Positions 36,062 through 45,951 of a stretch of 64,000 nt of DNA are shown one piece after another; the first letter of the stretch is position 1; every line of letters starts with the position of its first letter. Made by a program: the position numbers and the translations under genes. The stretch is from Thermoplasmatota archaeon (lineage in GTDB: Archaea > Thermoplasmatota > Poseidoniia > Poseidoniales > Thalassarchaeaceae): assembly GCA_030828405.1 (NCBI GenBank), contig JAURCP010000006.1, forward strand, positions 12,015 to 76,014, in the 5' to 3' direction. The notes under the pieces were generated by a model. It was not told where the DNA came from, made no database searches, and saw nothing but the letters and a program-made list of their open reading frames with translations.

Positions 36062-36952
36062 ATGCAAGTACGTACTGTGGCAGTCATAGGAGCAGGAACA
36101 ATGGGTTCAGGTATTGCTCAAGTTTGTGCTCAAAGTGGCTGGCAAACAAGAATCTTTGATGTTTTTCCTGAAAGTTTAGATAGAGGGGTTGAGAAAATAT
36201 TCTCATTCTGGGACAAGGGAATAGAAAAAGGAAAGACGACAGTTAATGAAAAAGAAAAATGGAGCCTGAACCTAAAAGCTTGTTATGAAATTACAGAGGC
36301 TTTGGAAAATGTTGATTTAGTAATTGAAGCGGTTCCAGAGATTATGCATCTCAAAAAAGAGATTTTTTTGAAAATTGAAGATTTAGTACCTAAACATGCT
36401 ATACTAGCAACTAATACTTCAAGTCTACCAATTTCAGAGATTGCAAATATTACAAATTGCCCTGAAAGAGTTATCGGAATGCACTTTTTTAATCCTGTTC
36501 CAATAATGAAACTTCTTGAACTTGTTAAGCATGAAAAATGTTCTAAAGAAACCATTGAATTAGCTCAATCAGTGGGCCAGGAAATGGGTAAGGAGACTAT
36601 CTTAGTTAATGATGTCCCAGGATTTGCCACCAGTAGGCTCGGAGTTGTACTTGGTAATGAAGCAATCAAGATGCTATCTCAAGGAGTTGCTTCAGCCAGC
36701 GATATAGATACTGCTATGAAACTTGGATATAAACACCCTATGGGTCCTTTGGAACTTTCCGACTTAGTAGGTTTAGACGTGAGAAGAGACATTTTGAATA
36801 GTCTGGCTGAATCTTTTGATGATGATTCATATAGACCTCATCCTATGTTGAACAACTTAGTTTCAGAAGGAAGTTTAGGACGGAAAACAAAGAAGGGAAT
36901 CTATGTTTGGGATGAAAATGGCAAGAAAGAAAGGGATGACTTACCAATATAG
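36062..36952 (+). CDS. 3-hydroxyacyl-CoA (3-hydroxybutyryl-CoA) dehydrogenase
   Basis: VAVIGAGTMGSGIA NAD-binding region and the family's C-terminal dimerisation domain. Confidence 0.8.
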   Translation: MQVRTVAVIGAGTMGSGIAQVCAQSGWQTRIFDVFPESLDRGVEKIFSFWDKGIEKGKTTVNEKEKWSLNLKACYEITEALENVDLVIEAVPEIMHLKKEIFLKIEDLVPKHAILATNTSSLPISEIANITNCPERVIGMHFFNPVPIMKLLELVKHEKCSKETIELAQSVGQEMGKETILVNDVPGFATSRLGVVLGNEAIKMLSQGVASASDIDTAMKLGYKHPMGPLELSDLVGLDVRRDILNSLAESFDDDSYRPHPMLNNLVSEGSLGRKTKKGIYVWDENGKKERDDLPI

Positions 36953-36960
36953 GTGTCAGC

Positions 36961-37275
36961 ATGTCAGATATTCTTGTTGAATTATTAGGAATTATTGCAG
37001 GGACTCTCGGTGTAATTGCATGGGTCCCTCAATTAAATGAAGTTTGGAAACAGAAAAAACATGAAGGAATTTCATTACCCACATTATACTTAATCTGTAC
37101 AGCATTATTATTGTGGCTGGTTTATGGATTTATCATTGGTTCAATCGCAATAATCATCTCAAACCTTGCAGCATTATACTGCATTCTGATTATAATTTTC
37201 GGAGTAAATAAATTGAGAGAAACTGATACTTATTTATTCTTCACCAAAATTTGGGTTTCTCTTATCCAAAAATGA
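36961..37275 (+). CDS. SemiSWEET / PQ-loop family small transporter
   Basis: Three TM helices with the AWVPQLNEVWKQKK PQ motif. Confidence 0.6.
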   Translation: MSDILVELLGIIAGTLGVIAWVPQLNEVWKQKKHEGISLPTLYLICTALLLWLVYGFIIGSIAIIISNLAALYCILIIIFGVNKLRETDTYLFFTKIWVSLIQK

Positions 37276-38022
37276 AGATACACCTTCAACAAAATCAGGG
37301 GTTAAAGAGGAATTAGTGATTAATAACTTCTCAAATTCTAGTTGAGTTTCCATAAAAGTTGAGGTTGATGCATCAATTAATTGCTTGGTAGATCTACGAC
37401 TTGATTCAGCCCAACTACCCCATTTTTCTGCTACTTTAATAGCACTTTCAATAAGTTCTTCAGATTCCACTAATTCATCAACCGCACCATATTCTAATGC
37501 TTTATTACCATTCCAGACTTCATTATTGAAAAAGAATTTTTTTGCTTTTTGGGTCCCAACAAGTCTGGGGAGTAACCACGTAGTACCGCCATCTGGAGAC
37601 AAACCTAGAGAAAAGAATGCTGCAGCTAACTTTGCTTCTGGGACACATACTCTATAATCGGCACAGAGGGCTATACCTAACCCTCCACCGGCAGCAGAAC
37701 CATTAATTGCCGCAATAAAGATTTTCTCAGATGCACGAATTTTCAGTTGCATAGGATGGAGGAGTGAGGTCAAACCGCTTACTAAATCGGCAATACTACC
37801 GTTATCAATTGCAGAAGCAAATGAATCAATATCGGCTCCAGAACAAAAGAATTTTCCACTCCCTGTCATTATTATTGATTTAATTGATGAATCTTCCAAT
37901 AAGTCGTCGATAATATCCGACATTGATTTCATTGATTCCATATTCAATCCGTTTCTTGATGTTTCTACGGATAAAGTGACCAAAGACACTCCTTTAGATA
38001 GATGTTCAACTGTAATAGTCAT
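37234..38022 (-). CDS. Enoyl-CoA hydratase/isomerase family
   Basis: INGSAAGGGLGIALCADYRV crotonase motif. Confidence 0.75.
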   Translation of the reverse strand: MTITVEHLSKGVSLVTLSVETSRNGLNMESMKSMSDIIDDLLEDSSIKSIIMTGSGKFFCSGADIDSFASAIDNGSIADLVSGLTSLLHPMQLKIRASEKIFIAAINGSAAGGGLGIALCADYRVCVPEAKLAAAFFSLGLSPDGGTTWLLPRLVGTQKAKKFFFNNEVWNGNKALEYGAVDELVESEELIESAIKVAEKWGSWAESSRRSTKQLIDASTSTFMETQLEFEKLLITNSSLTPDFVEGVSSFLDKRNPNFGEE

Positions 38023-38090
38023 AAATATCCGAGTAGGTACTCACTATTAGAATGCGTGAATATCTAAAGTGAGTACTCCTCGCACTGTCC

Positions 38091-39509
38091 ATGCATACAC
38101 GGGAACAACTGTATATCGATGGAAAATGGGTTCAACCAATAGGGACTGGGAGTATAGATGTAATTAATCCTGCAACAGAAGAAATAATCGGGAAAATTCC
38201 AGTTGGTTCGAAAGAAGATATTGATATTGCAACCTCGGCTGCAAGAATTGCATTTGATTCTTGGTCAAAAAGTAGTATAGAGACAAGAATAGATATTCTA
38301 AATGCTCTCTCAAATGCATTGAAGGAGAGAGGTGAAGATATCGCTCAAACAATTACTGCTGAAGTTGGAACACCAATTGGATATTCTAGAGTAGCAATGG
38401 TAGGGACACCCAGAGTTGTTTCTAGAAGTTATGCAAAAATTCTAGAAAATTTTGATTGGGAAGAAAAAGTGAGAAACTCGATTATTTGTAAAGAGCCAAT
38501 AGGTGTTTGTGCATTCATCACGCCTTGGAACTTCCCTCTACACCAAATTATAGGTAAAGTGGCTCCTGCTATAGCTGCAGGTTGTACTATGATATTAAAA
38601 CCATCAAAAGAAGCACCTTTAAGCGCATTTATACTAGCAGATATATTACATGAAATTGGATTACCATCTGGCGTTTTTAACTTAGTTTCCGGTCATGGAT
38701 CTGAAATTGGAAATTATATGTCAAGTCATCCAGAGGTCGATATGGTCTCGTTCACTGGATCAACAGGGGCAGGGATTTCAGTGAGTGAAGCAGCTGCAAC
38801 TACCGTAAAGAGAGTTACATTAGAGCTAGGAGGTAAAAGTGCAAATGTGGCTCTAGAAGATGCTGATCCAACTTTAGTGGCAAAGAAAGCCATAGGAGCT
38901 TGCCATCAAAATAGTGGACAAACATGTTCTGCACTAACGAGACTCATTATCCCTGAATCTATGAGCGATGAAGTTTACGAAATCATAGCAGATAAAAACA
39001 ATTCCTACACAGTAGGTGACCCTTTAGAGGAGAGCACAAGATGCGGCCCCATGGTAAGTTTAAGACAACAAAAAAGTGTTAGTAAATATATAGAATCTGG
39101 AATAAATGAGGGAGCTACTTTGATTTCAGGAGGACTGGGTATGCCAGAAGGTATTTCCAAAGGGTACTATGTGAAACCAACTATATTCGCAAATGTTTCT
39201 CCAGATATGAAAATCTGGAAAGAGGAAATATTCGGTCCTGTTTTAGCGATTACGACTTACAAATCAGAAGAAGAAGCTCTAATGTTAGCAAATGATTCAA
39301 TATATGGTCTATCTGGAGGGGTATGGTCTAAAGATGAGGAAAGAGCGATAAAATTTGCTAAAGGCATGAGGACGGGGCAGGTTAGCGTAAATGGTGGATC
39401 ATTCAATGTTAGTGCACCTTTTGGCGGTTACAAACTTTCAGGGAATGGAAGAGAACTTGGGGCCCATGGGCTTAACGAGTTTCTAGAGATTAAATCTATA
39501 CAACTTTAG
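38091..39509 (+). CDS. NAD(P)-dependent aldehyde dehydrogenase
   Basis: ELGGKSANV and NSGQTCSAL catalytic Glu/Cys motifs. Confidence 0.85.
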   Translation: MHTREQLYIDGKWVQPIGTGSIDVINPATEEIIGKIPVGSKEDIDIATSAARIAFDSWSKSSIETRIDILNALSNALKERGEDIAQTITAEVGTPIGYSRVAMVGTPRVVSRSYAKILENFDWEEKVRNSIICKEPIGVCAFITPWNFPLHQIIGKVAPAIAAGCTMILKPSKEAPLSAFILADILHEIGLPSGVFNLVSGHGSEIGNYMSSHPEVDMVSFTGSTGAGISVSEAAATTVKRVTLELGGKSANVALEDADPTLVAKKAIGACHQNSGQTCSALTRLIIPESMSDEVYEIIADKNNSYTVGDPLEESTRCGPMVSLRQQKSVSKYIESGINEGATLISGGLGMPEGISKGYYVKPTIFANVSPDMKIWKEEIFGPVLAITTYKSEEEALMLANDSIYGLSGGVWSKDEERAIKFAKGMRTGQVSVNGGSFNVSAPFGGYKLSGNGRELGAHGLNEFLEIKSIQL

Positions 39510-39522
39510 ACAACAATCTTCA

Positions 39523-40410
39523 CTATTTTCCAAGCCATTTAGGTGATTCTCGATTTAAGAAAGCATTAACCCCTATTTCCTTATCTTCGGTATCAAATAA
39601 TGCCACAAATTCTGATCTCTCCATCCGCACACCTTCGCTAAATGGGAGATCTAGTGAGGCTCGGACTGCACGTTTTGCAACTTTCGTAGTATAGGGGGAT
39701 TTCCTTGCAATATTTTCTGCTAACTTCATAGTAGTTTGTTTAAGCTGTTCAGGAGTAGTTACGGAATTTACTAAGCCATAAGAAAGCGCTTGTTCAGAAT
39801 CAATCATATCTCCAGTAAGTACCATTTCTAATGCTTTACCATATCCAATTAGTCTACATAATCTCTGAGTACCTCCACCTCCTGGAATCAATCCTAGATT
39901 TATTTCAGGCGTCCCAAATTTCGACCTATTAGAGGCTATTCTAATATCACAAGAAAGTGCTAATTCAGTACCTCCACCCAAAGCAAAACCATCAATCATT
40001 GCTATTGTTGGTTTAGACAGATTCCATACCCTTTCCCAAGCATTGTCTTCAAAGAAAGGCCTAACATCATCTGAATTTTTCCCTACAAATTCAGAGATAT
40101 CTGCACCTGCTGCAAAAGAAAATGGTTTTGATTTACGGCCTTCAAGAGGAGAATTTGGAGGAGCACCAGAGATTACTATTACTCTAATTAAATCGTTTGA
40201 TTCAGCTATTTCACATGCTTCTTTCAAGGATTTATGAGAATCAGAATTTAATGAATTTAGTTTATCTGGACGATTTAACGTCCAAATTGATATTAGCCCC
40301 CCATCTGGAAATGTATCTTCAACTGGAATATTTTCGATTAGTAGGATATCATCGTTCATGCATTGTCGAAGAGGAATGAATGTTTGAAAGTACGGTTGGC
40401 TCAATTTCAT
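39523..40410 (-). CDS. Enoyl-CoA hydratase/isomerase family
   Basis: IDGFALGGGTELALSCDIRIA crotonase motif. Confidence 0.75.
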   Translation of the reverse strand: MKLSQPYFQTFIPLRQCMNDDILLIENIPVEDTFPDGGLISIWTLNRPDKLNSLNSDSHKSLKEACEIAESNDLIRVIVISGAPPNSPLEGRKSKPFSFAAGADISEFVGKNSDDVRPFFEDNAWERVWNLSKPTIAMIDGFALGGGTELALSCDIRIASNRSKFGTPEINLGLIPGGGGTQRLCRLIGYGKALEMVLTGDMIDSEQALSYGLVNSVTTPEQLKQTTMKLAENIARKSPYTTKVAKRAVRASLDLPFSEGVRMERSEFVALFDTEDKEIGVNAFLNRESPKWLGK

Positions 40411-41408
40411 TCTTTTTCTAGATGAGGCGGCGGCATAGGGGGAAGCCCAGGTGGAGGAGGCATTGGGGGAAGCCCAGGTGGAGGAGGCATAGGAGGAAGC
40501 CCTTGAGGGAATTGAATATCAGTATCTACAACCAATGTATCTGTTTTTGTTTGCCCTTTTTCTTTTTTCTTACTTTCGACTACTAAAGGGATGGTTAGTT
40601 TTAAAATTCTATCATTATCAATTCTAACATAAGATACTCCAAGAGGTTTACTATCATCATATTCTTCAGATTCTTCTAATATTGTAAGTCCATGATTTGG
40701 ATCATTCAATAAAGTGGCGAGATCTTCACCATCTTCTACTTCAGTCCATAAACGAGCTTTTGCTGCCCTTCTTTCTGCTAAGGCCATTCTTCTCTTCCTT
40801 TCTAATGTTGAACGAATTTCTGCTTGTCTAGATCTACGTTGATCAACAAAATTTTCTATTTCCGATTCCATTTCAGATTGAGCATCGGATGTGATGACCA
40901 ATTTTTTAGCAAGTTTAGTACCTTCAACCGCTCCAACATTAATACCACCAAAATTAGGAAGGGGGGGTGATATTTCGGTCGCCTCTTCATTCATAGAGGT
41001 TGCCTCCGGTAGAGGTAAAGGTGGCAAAGGTGGTGGGACTATAGATGATTTTTTACGACTTCTTTGGAGTTTCTCTTCATTAAGGGAATTAACTGGTTCT
41101 TTTCTTTTTTCTAAATCTAATTCAACTTGAGTAATTATTGTGTTTTCGGATTTAGACTCAGTAATGATTTTCGGGGGGGCAGATATCAATTTTTGATTAC
41201 CAGTAAACATCAATATTGCTAGAATAGATAATAATACCACACCACCCGCTATTTGAGAAATAAAATCCAGTCTTCCTTGGAAAATAAGAAACAAGCAAGA
41301 ACCAAATATGAATGAGAACCAACCAGTTATTCTCATCAAGGAAGGCATAATATCGTCTCTGGGAGTGGGGGCCCTATCTTCACTTTGACGGAAGGCTGAG
41401 TTTATCAT
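40407..41408 (-). CDS. Membrane-anchored protein with C-terminal proline-rich (GLPPMPPPP)x3 repeats
   Basis: N-terminal TM helices, a coiled Ala/Arg-rich middle, and a Pro-rich tail encoded by 27-nt tandem repeats. Confidence 0.5.
   Translation of the reverse strand: MINSAFRQSEDRAPTPRDDIMPSLMRITGWFSFIFGSCLFLIFQGRLDFISQIAGGVVLLSILAILMFTGNQKLISAPPKIITESKSENTIITQVELDLEKRKEPVNSLNEEKLQRSRKKSSIVPPPLPPLPLPEATSMNEEATEISPPLPNFGGINVGAVEGTKLAKKLVITSDAQSEMESEIENFVDQRRSRQAEIRSTLERKRRMALAERRAAKARLWTEVEDGEDLATLLNDPNHGLTILEESEEYDDSKPLGVSYVRIDNDRILKLTIPLVVESKKKEKGQTKTDTLVVDTDIQFPQGLPPMPPPPGLPPMPPPPGLPPMPPPHLEKE
40432..40510. repeat. About 2.9 copies of a 27-nt tandem repeat (ggcatWgggggaagcccaggtggagga) inside a coding region
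   Basis: Read directly. Encodes GLPPMPPPP on the minus strand. Confidence 0.8.
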
Positions 41409-41973
41409 AAAGAATCCTTAGAGACTCTCCACGATGAGAATTAGATTCCTTTTCATAATCCTGCATCTCTCCAAAAGTACGGCCGTCACCAGAATCTGGA
41501 ATGAATATTGGGTCATAACCAAAGCCATTTGAGCCTTTTATTTCAGTTGATATACTGCCTAGACATTTTCCTAATGCACGAAAATATACACCATCTCTAT
41601 ACAAAATCGAACAAGCACGATATTCTGCATTACGATTCGATTCATTCTCAAGAAGTTTTATTATTCCTTGATTACCCAAAGTTCTAAAAAAATAAGAGGA
41701 ATAAACACCAGGGAAATCATTCAGAGATTCGATAAATAAACCAGAATCTTCTACTAGCAAAGCATGGTTCTCAAAATTAGTACCTGAGATTAACTCCAAA
41801 GCCTGCTGAATTTTAAATTCAGATACAATTTCTATTTTTGAGGATTGAGGTTCAATAATTTTTGGGGCTAAGCCATTGATGAGAAACTGTTCAATTTCAT
41901 AACCTAACTCGGATAAAGTCTGATTCGCCTCAATAACTTTATTTTCGTTACTGGTCAGAAATAGTACTTTCAT
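41380..41973 (-). CDS. Non-canonical purine NTP pyrophosphatase (Ham1/RdgB/ITPase family); start at MKVLFLTSNENK
   Basis: N-terminal TSNxxK and C-terminal GFGYDPIF motifs. Confidence 0.75.
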   Translation of the reverse strand: MKVLFLTSNENKVIEANQTLSELGYEIEQFLINGLAPKIIEPQSSKIEIVSEFKIQQALELISGTNFENHALLVEDSGLFIESLNDFPGVYSSYFFRTLGNQGIIKLLENESNRNAEYRACSILYRDGVYFRALGKCLGSISTEIKGSNGFGYDPIFIPDSGDGRTFGEMQDYEKESNSHRGESLRILYDKLSLPSK

Positions 41974-41989
41974 AATAATCACTAACTTT

Positions 41990-42697
41990 CTAGGCATGGT
42001 ACCTTACTCGTCCTCTAATTGAATTAAATCTTTCAATAACATCTGGCCCTGATGGAGCAATATTATCAGAAGAATTGGACAGATAGCCATCAATCATTGA
42101 TTCGATCGCGCTATTTTCTTCATAATGGCTTGCATTAAGGCATTCATGTAGAACTTGTAGATCGAGACCTAAATGTTCTATTTCAGGTGAAATTTTAGAA
42201 AGCCCGAAATCAATTAAAGTTAATTCTCCGTCATCATTTATTATGACATTGTGTGTAGTCAAATCTCCATGAGATATTCCCAATTCATGTAATTGGCGTA
42301 TTAAGCCACCGAATTTCTTAATCTGTTCAAAATTAGATTCACCATTTAACAAAGATTCATACAAAGTTACACCTTCTACTTCCGATAAAATAATCCAACC
42401 TTCATCTATATCTACGTCAAATAGCGAGGGTGATGGAACTGTAGTAGAATGCAATTTTCTTAATACCCTGACTTCTACTGAAAGTCTTTGACGTGTTAAT
42501 CGCCTATCTAAATCTGGGTGACGATATGAGCGACGATTGCGTTTTTTGAAGATAGCTTTCTCCCCCATCCAATACCCTGAAAATACGGTTGCTTCGGCAC
42601 CTTGATGAATCATTTTTGAAGGCTTCCACAACGGCACCGACTCAACACCCATGTGTACCGGAGATGACATACCTTGAAAGAGGTTAAACCTGACCAA
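41990..42697 (-). CDS. Bud32/Kae1-associated small protein kinase (KEOPS) / RIO-type kinase
   Basis: HGDLTTHNVIINDDGELTLIDFGLS catalytic loop and DFG in a protein of about 230 aa. Confidence 0.65.
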   Translation of the reverse strand: MVRFNLFQGMSSPVHMGVESVPLWKPSKMIHQGAEATVFSGYWMGEKAIFKKRNRRSYRHPDLDRRLTRQRLSVEVRVLRKLHSTTVPSPSLFDVDIDEGWIILSEVEGVTLYESLLNGESNFEQIKKFGGLIRQLHELGISHGDLTTHNVIINDDGELTLIDFGLSKISPEIEHLGLDLQVLHECLNASHYEENSAIESMIDGYLSNSSDNIAPSGPDVIERFNSIRGRVRYHA

Positions 42698-42710
42698 TGA
42701 GTGAAATCAC

Positions 42711-43799
42711 ATGTCTATGGACCTACCGGCAGCACCTAAATCTCAGGGAAAAGTGATTCCTAAGATATATTCCCAAGAGAAAATCGAAGAAGAAGCGGAG
42801 AGGCTAATCAACGCAATAAAGCAGCCTGAGAGATGGACACTTGAACACTGTAAGACAATAGCCGCATATACTTTAGAGATTAATGAACTTAAAAAAGAAA
42901 AAGATGTTTATCTTATAGCTCATTCATATCAAACACCGGACATCATTTATGGAGTAGCCGACGAAGTTTCAGATAGTTATTCACTGTCTAAATCTGCTAG
43001 GGACGCTAAACAACAGATTATTCTTTTTTCTAGTGTTAGATTTATGGCTGAAACTGCGAAAATACTCAGTCCGAATAAATTAGTTATACATCCCTCGCCA
43101 GAAGCAGGATGCTCATTATCGGAAAGTATTACTGCAAAAGATGTGAGAAAATTAAGGAAAAAATATCCTGGAGTTCCTGTGGCTTGCTATATCAATACCA
43201 CAGCTGAAGTAAAGGCCGAAGTAGATGTATGCGTTACAAGTAGTAATTATCTAAAAATATGTGAAAATTTACCAGGAGAAAAATTAATTTTTGTTCCAGA
43301 TAAATTTATGGGTGAGCACTTGCAAAAGTCATTAGTTGGAAAGAAAGATGTCATCATTTATGATGGTGTATGTGAAGTTCATGCATTATTTACTGGTGAG
43401 AAGATTCTATCGTGGAGAGAAAGAGCGAATGAGGCAGGGATTGATCTTCAGGTGCTAAGTCATCCTGAATGTTCAGCAGATGTTCTAGAAGAGAGTGATT
43501 TCATAGGTAGTAGTGAAGTACTGATAAAAGAATCTATTAAATTGGGGAAAGAAGGGAAAAATAATATTATGTTAATTACTGAATGTGGGACTGCTGATAG
43601 AGTGTTAGCGGAAACTAATGATGAAATGAATATTATTGGAGCCTGCGTAATGTGCAGACACATGAAGACCACTCTATTGGAAGATATACTCCAATCATTG
43701 AGAGACCCGAGAGAGGAACAAATAATTAACTTAGAACAAGAAGTTATTGAAAAGGCAAGACACTCTCTAGAAGAAATGTTTAGATATGCTGAAATTTAA
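42711..43799 (+). CDS. nadA: Quinolinate synthase NadA
   Basis: YLIAHSYQ...IYGVAD and FSSVRFMAETAKIL blocks, with three spaced Cys residues. Confidence 0.6.
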   Translation: MSMDLPAAPKSQGKVIPKIYSQEKIEEEAERLINAIKQPERWTLEHCKTIAAYTLEINELKKEKDVYLIAHSYQTPDIIYGVADEVSDSYSLSKSARDAKQQIILFSSVRFMAETAKILSPNKLVIHPSPEAGCSLSESITAKDVRKLRKKYPGVPVACYINTTAEVKAEVDVCVTSSNYLKICENLPGEKLIFVPDKFMGEHLQKSLVGKKDVIIYDGVCEVHALFTGEKILSWRERANEAGIDLQVLSHPECSADVLEESDFIGSSEVLIKESIKLGKEGKNNIMLITECGTADRVLAETNDEMNIIGACVMCRHMKTTLLEDILQSLRDPREEQIINLEQEVIEKARHSLEEMFRYAEI

Positions 43800-45889
43800 T
43801 TACTAATTCTTTTCTCAATAGCAGACTGATGAGATAGGAGCAGCAGTAATGGAATTAGCATCAATATTGCTGATTGTAAGACAACAGAGGAATACTCTTC
43901 GAAAGTTTTCTCTAATGAATAAATGACTAAGGTTGAATCGCCATTTTCACTAATTTCAATCCATGTTACACCATTATCAAGCACATGAGGATTTTCTTGA
44001 TCTAAATCATCAAGGGTTATTTGGACACGTTCATTATTATCTTCAACATTCCAAATGAAAACATCTCTATTGAAATTTTCAGGTTCAAGATTGACGGTAG
44101 GGGAAGTGATTGGTCGCTGTAGAAAAGCGATATAATTGCCTTCGATACTAGGGGATTCTGATGGCCATAAAGGATTGGAAATCATCTCTTGATTACCGGT
44201 CAAAGCATCTACTAGTATTAAGCGATTGAGTGGACCAACATCAACTAAAACAACTACTAAATTACCTTCCATTTCGATATCTATAATTGTTGAGTTATTA
44301 TAATCAACAGGTATTTCATAGAATTGAGCGAGGTATGCGTCATTCAATTCATTTGAGAAGTTTTCAATCAATATATTAATCTCAATTCCTGGATTAAATG
44401 GCGAAGTGACATTAATAATAGGTCCGTTCACGGTATTATATGCAGAAGCGAACAATTGGCCGGCTCCTTCTATTGCGGTTAAACCTTCAATATAATTTGA
44501 GGAAAGCAATTGATTATTAATAGTATTATAAATTTCCATTGTATTGTTCTTAACTATAACTAAACAAGGTTGTCCCTGATTATTCTCAATAATAGAAACT
44601 CTGTCTAATTTATCTTCATTAATTAGACTAAATATCGGCTCAAAAACTTCAACTGAAGAGTTATTTAATTGAAAAAAATCTAATTTAAAATCGTTGAAAA
44701 GTACGAGATTATTATTTGATAATTCAATTTGAGGTGGAGAAAACCAATCATTTCCTTCAATAATCGCTGCCTTCTGAGTACTTACATTCCATAACTTGAT
44801 TGTTATTTCATCATCTATATCTTCAACTCCAACCACCCACCCTTCTGAACCCGCAGCATCGGTAGGATTAACTCCTTCAATTGGAAAATCTTGATGGGTT
44901 GCGTCCCATAATAATACACCACTGGTCAAGATTAATACTACAGCGATAAACGCTTTTGTCTGGCTAGAACTTGGCCGTTGAATGGGATGAAATAACTCCT
45001 TGATAATTACCCAAGACTCAGAAAGCCATTTCTTAGGGTCATCAATTGCACGAGCTAATCTTCTTGAAAATAATCTTTCATCAGCGAATTGCCAAATTGG
45101 CGTATGTGTTTTGGCTGTAATCTCTACTGCAATCATTGCGACAATAATCCCGCCAATTATATCAGTGACCCAATGAATACCAAGATAAAGGATTGTAAAT
45201 GCTGTTATTACAATAAATAAAAGTAGTAATTTCCTATATCTTAACCATCTTTCATCTGAGTCCCATCTTTCCATAGTTAACCATATAGCGAAGGGCAAGC
45301 CGATATGTAAACTTGGCATACCATTTGTAAACGGATCAATCTGTATGAACCAATTATGAATTTCGGGAGTTAAATCATAAGCTATTGTTTCCATTTGCGG
45401 GATATAGTTTCCAGTTACTCTAACATTAAAAAATAGATAGAACGGAATAGCTAGAATATATACCCAAAACATCGATAATGAAACTCTATCTGCCATATAT
45501 CTGTCATCAAAGAAAATTGGGTATATGAAAGAAGAGAATGTCACAGCCATGAACCCCATGACATAGAAGTGAGTTAAACCAAAAGATAGTAAAGAATTAT
45601 TCAATGAATCTTGTATCCACCAAACAATATCTCCTTCTATCGCATAAATGTAAGGAGTCATGTCAAGCTGAGTGTTGGCCATTAGAATTCTATCTAATTG
45701 ATCTAGTATATCCTTCCACAAATAAACTGAAAAAACAACTATCATATGAGCCCAATATCGTCTGAACATATCGATAAAACTGGAGATACGAATTTTAGCG
45801 TAATCTGGCTTAAAAAATGGCATTAAAGAAATACTAATTATGATTGCTCCAGTAATCCAAGTAAGGTAAATACCACTCGCCACTGCCAT
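43796..45889 (-). CDS. Polytopic membrane protein with large C-terminal extracytoplasmic repeat (beta-propeller-like) domain; hypothetical
   Basis: About 8 N-terminal TM helices, then some 380 aa of Asn/Ile-rich repeats. Confidence 0.45.
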   Translation of the reverse strand: MAVASGIYLTWITGAIIISISLMPFFKPDYAKIRISSFIDMFRRYWAHMIVVFSVYLWKDILDQLDRILMANTQLDMTPYIYAIEGDIVWWIQDSLNNSLLSFGLTHFYVMGFMAVTFSSFIYPIFFDDRYMADRVSLSMFWVYILAIPFYLFFNVRVTGNYIPQMETIAYDLTPEIHNWFIQIDPFTNGMPSLHIGLPFAIWLTMERWDSDERWLRYRKLLLLFIVITAFTILYLGIHWVTDIIGGIIVAMIAVEITAKTHTPIWQFADERLFSRRLARAIDDPKKWLSESWVIIKELFHPIQRPSSSQTKAFIAVVLILTSGVLLWDATHQDFPIEGVNPTDAAGSEGWVVGVEDIDDEITIKLWNVSTQKAAIIEGNDWFSPPQIELSNNNLVLFNDFKLDFFQLNNSSVEVFEPIFSLINEDKLDRVSIIENNQGQPCLVIVKNNTMEIYNTINNQLLSSNYIEGLTAIEGAGQLFASAYNTVNGPIINVTSPFNPGIEINILIENFSNELNDAYLAQFYEIPVDYNNSTIIDIEMEGNLVVVLVDVGPLNRLILVDALTGNQEMISNPLWPSESPSIEGNYIAFLQRPITSPTVNLEPENFNRDVFIWNVEDNNERVQITLDDLDQENPHVLDNGVTWIEISENGDSTLVIYSLEKTFEEYSSVVLQSAILMLIPLLLLLSHQSAIEKRISN

Positions 45890-45951
45890 ATTACCAATAT
45901 GACTCGGGAAGACTATACATCAAGAAACTGACCCTTCTATGAAATGATGAT

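Noticed and set aside
40432-40510. 27-nt tandem repeat considered as a possible mini CRISPR-like array
   Set aside because: The repeats are contiguous with no spacers, and they are in-frame coding sequence for a PPMPPPP motif.
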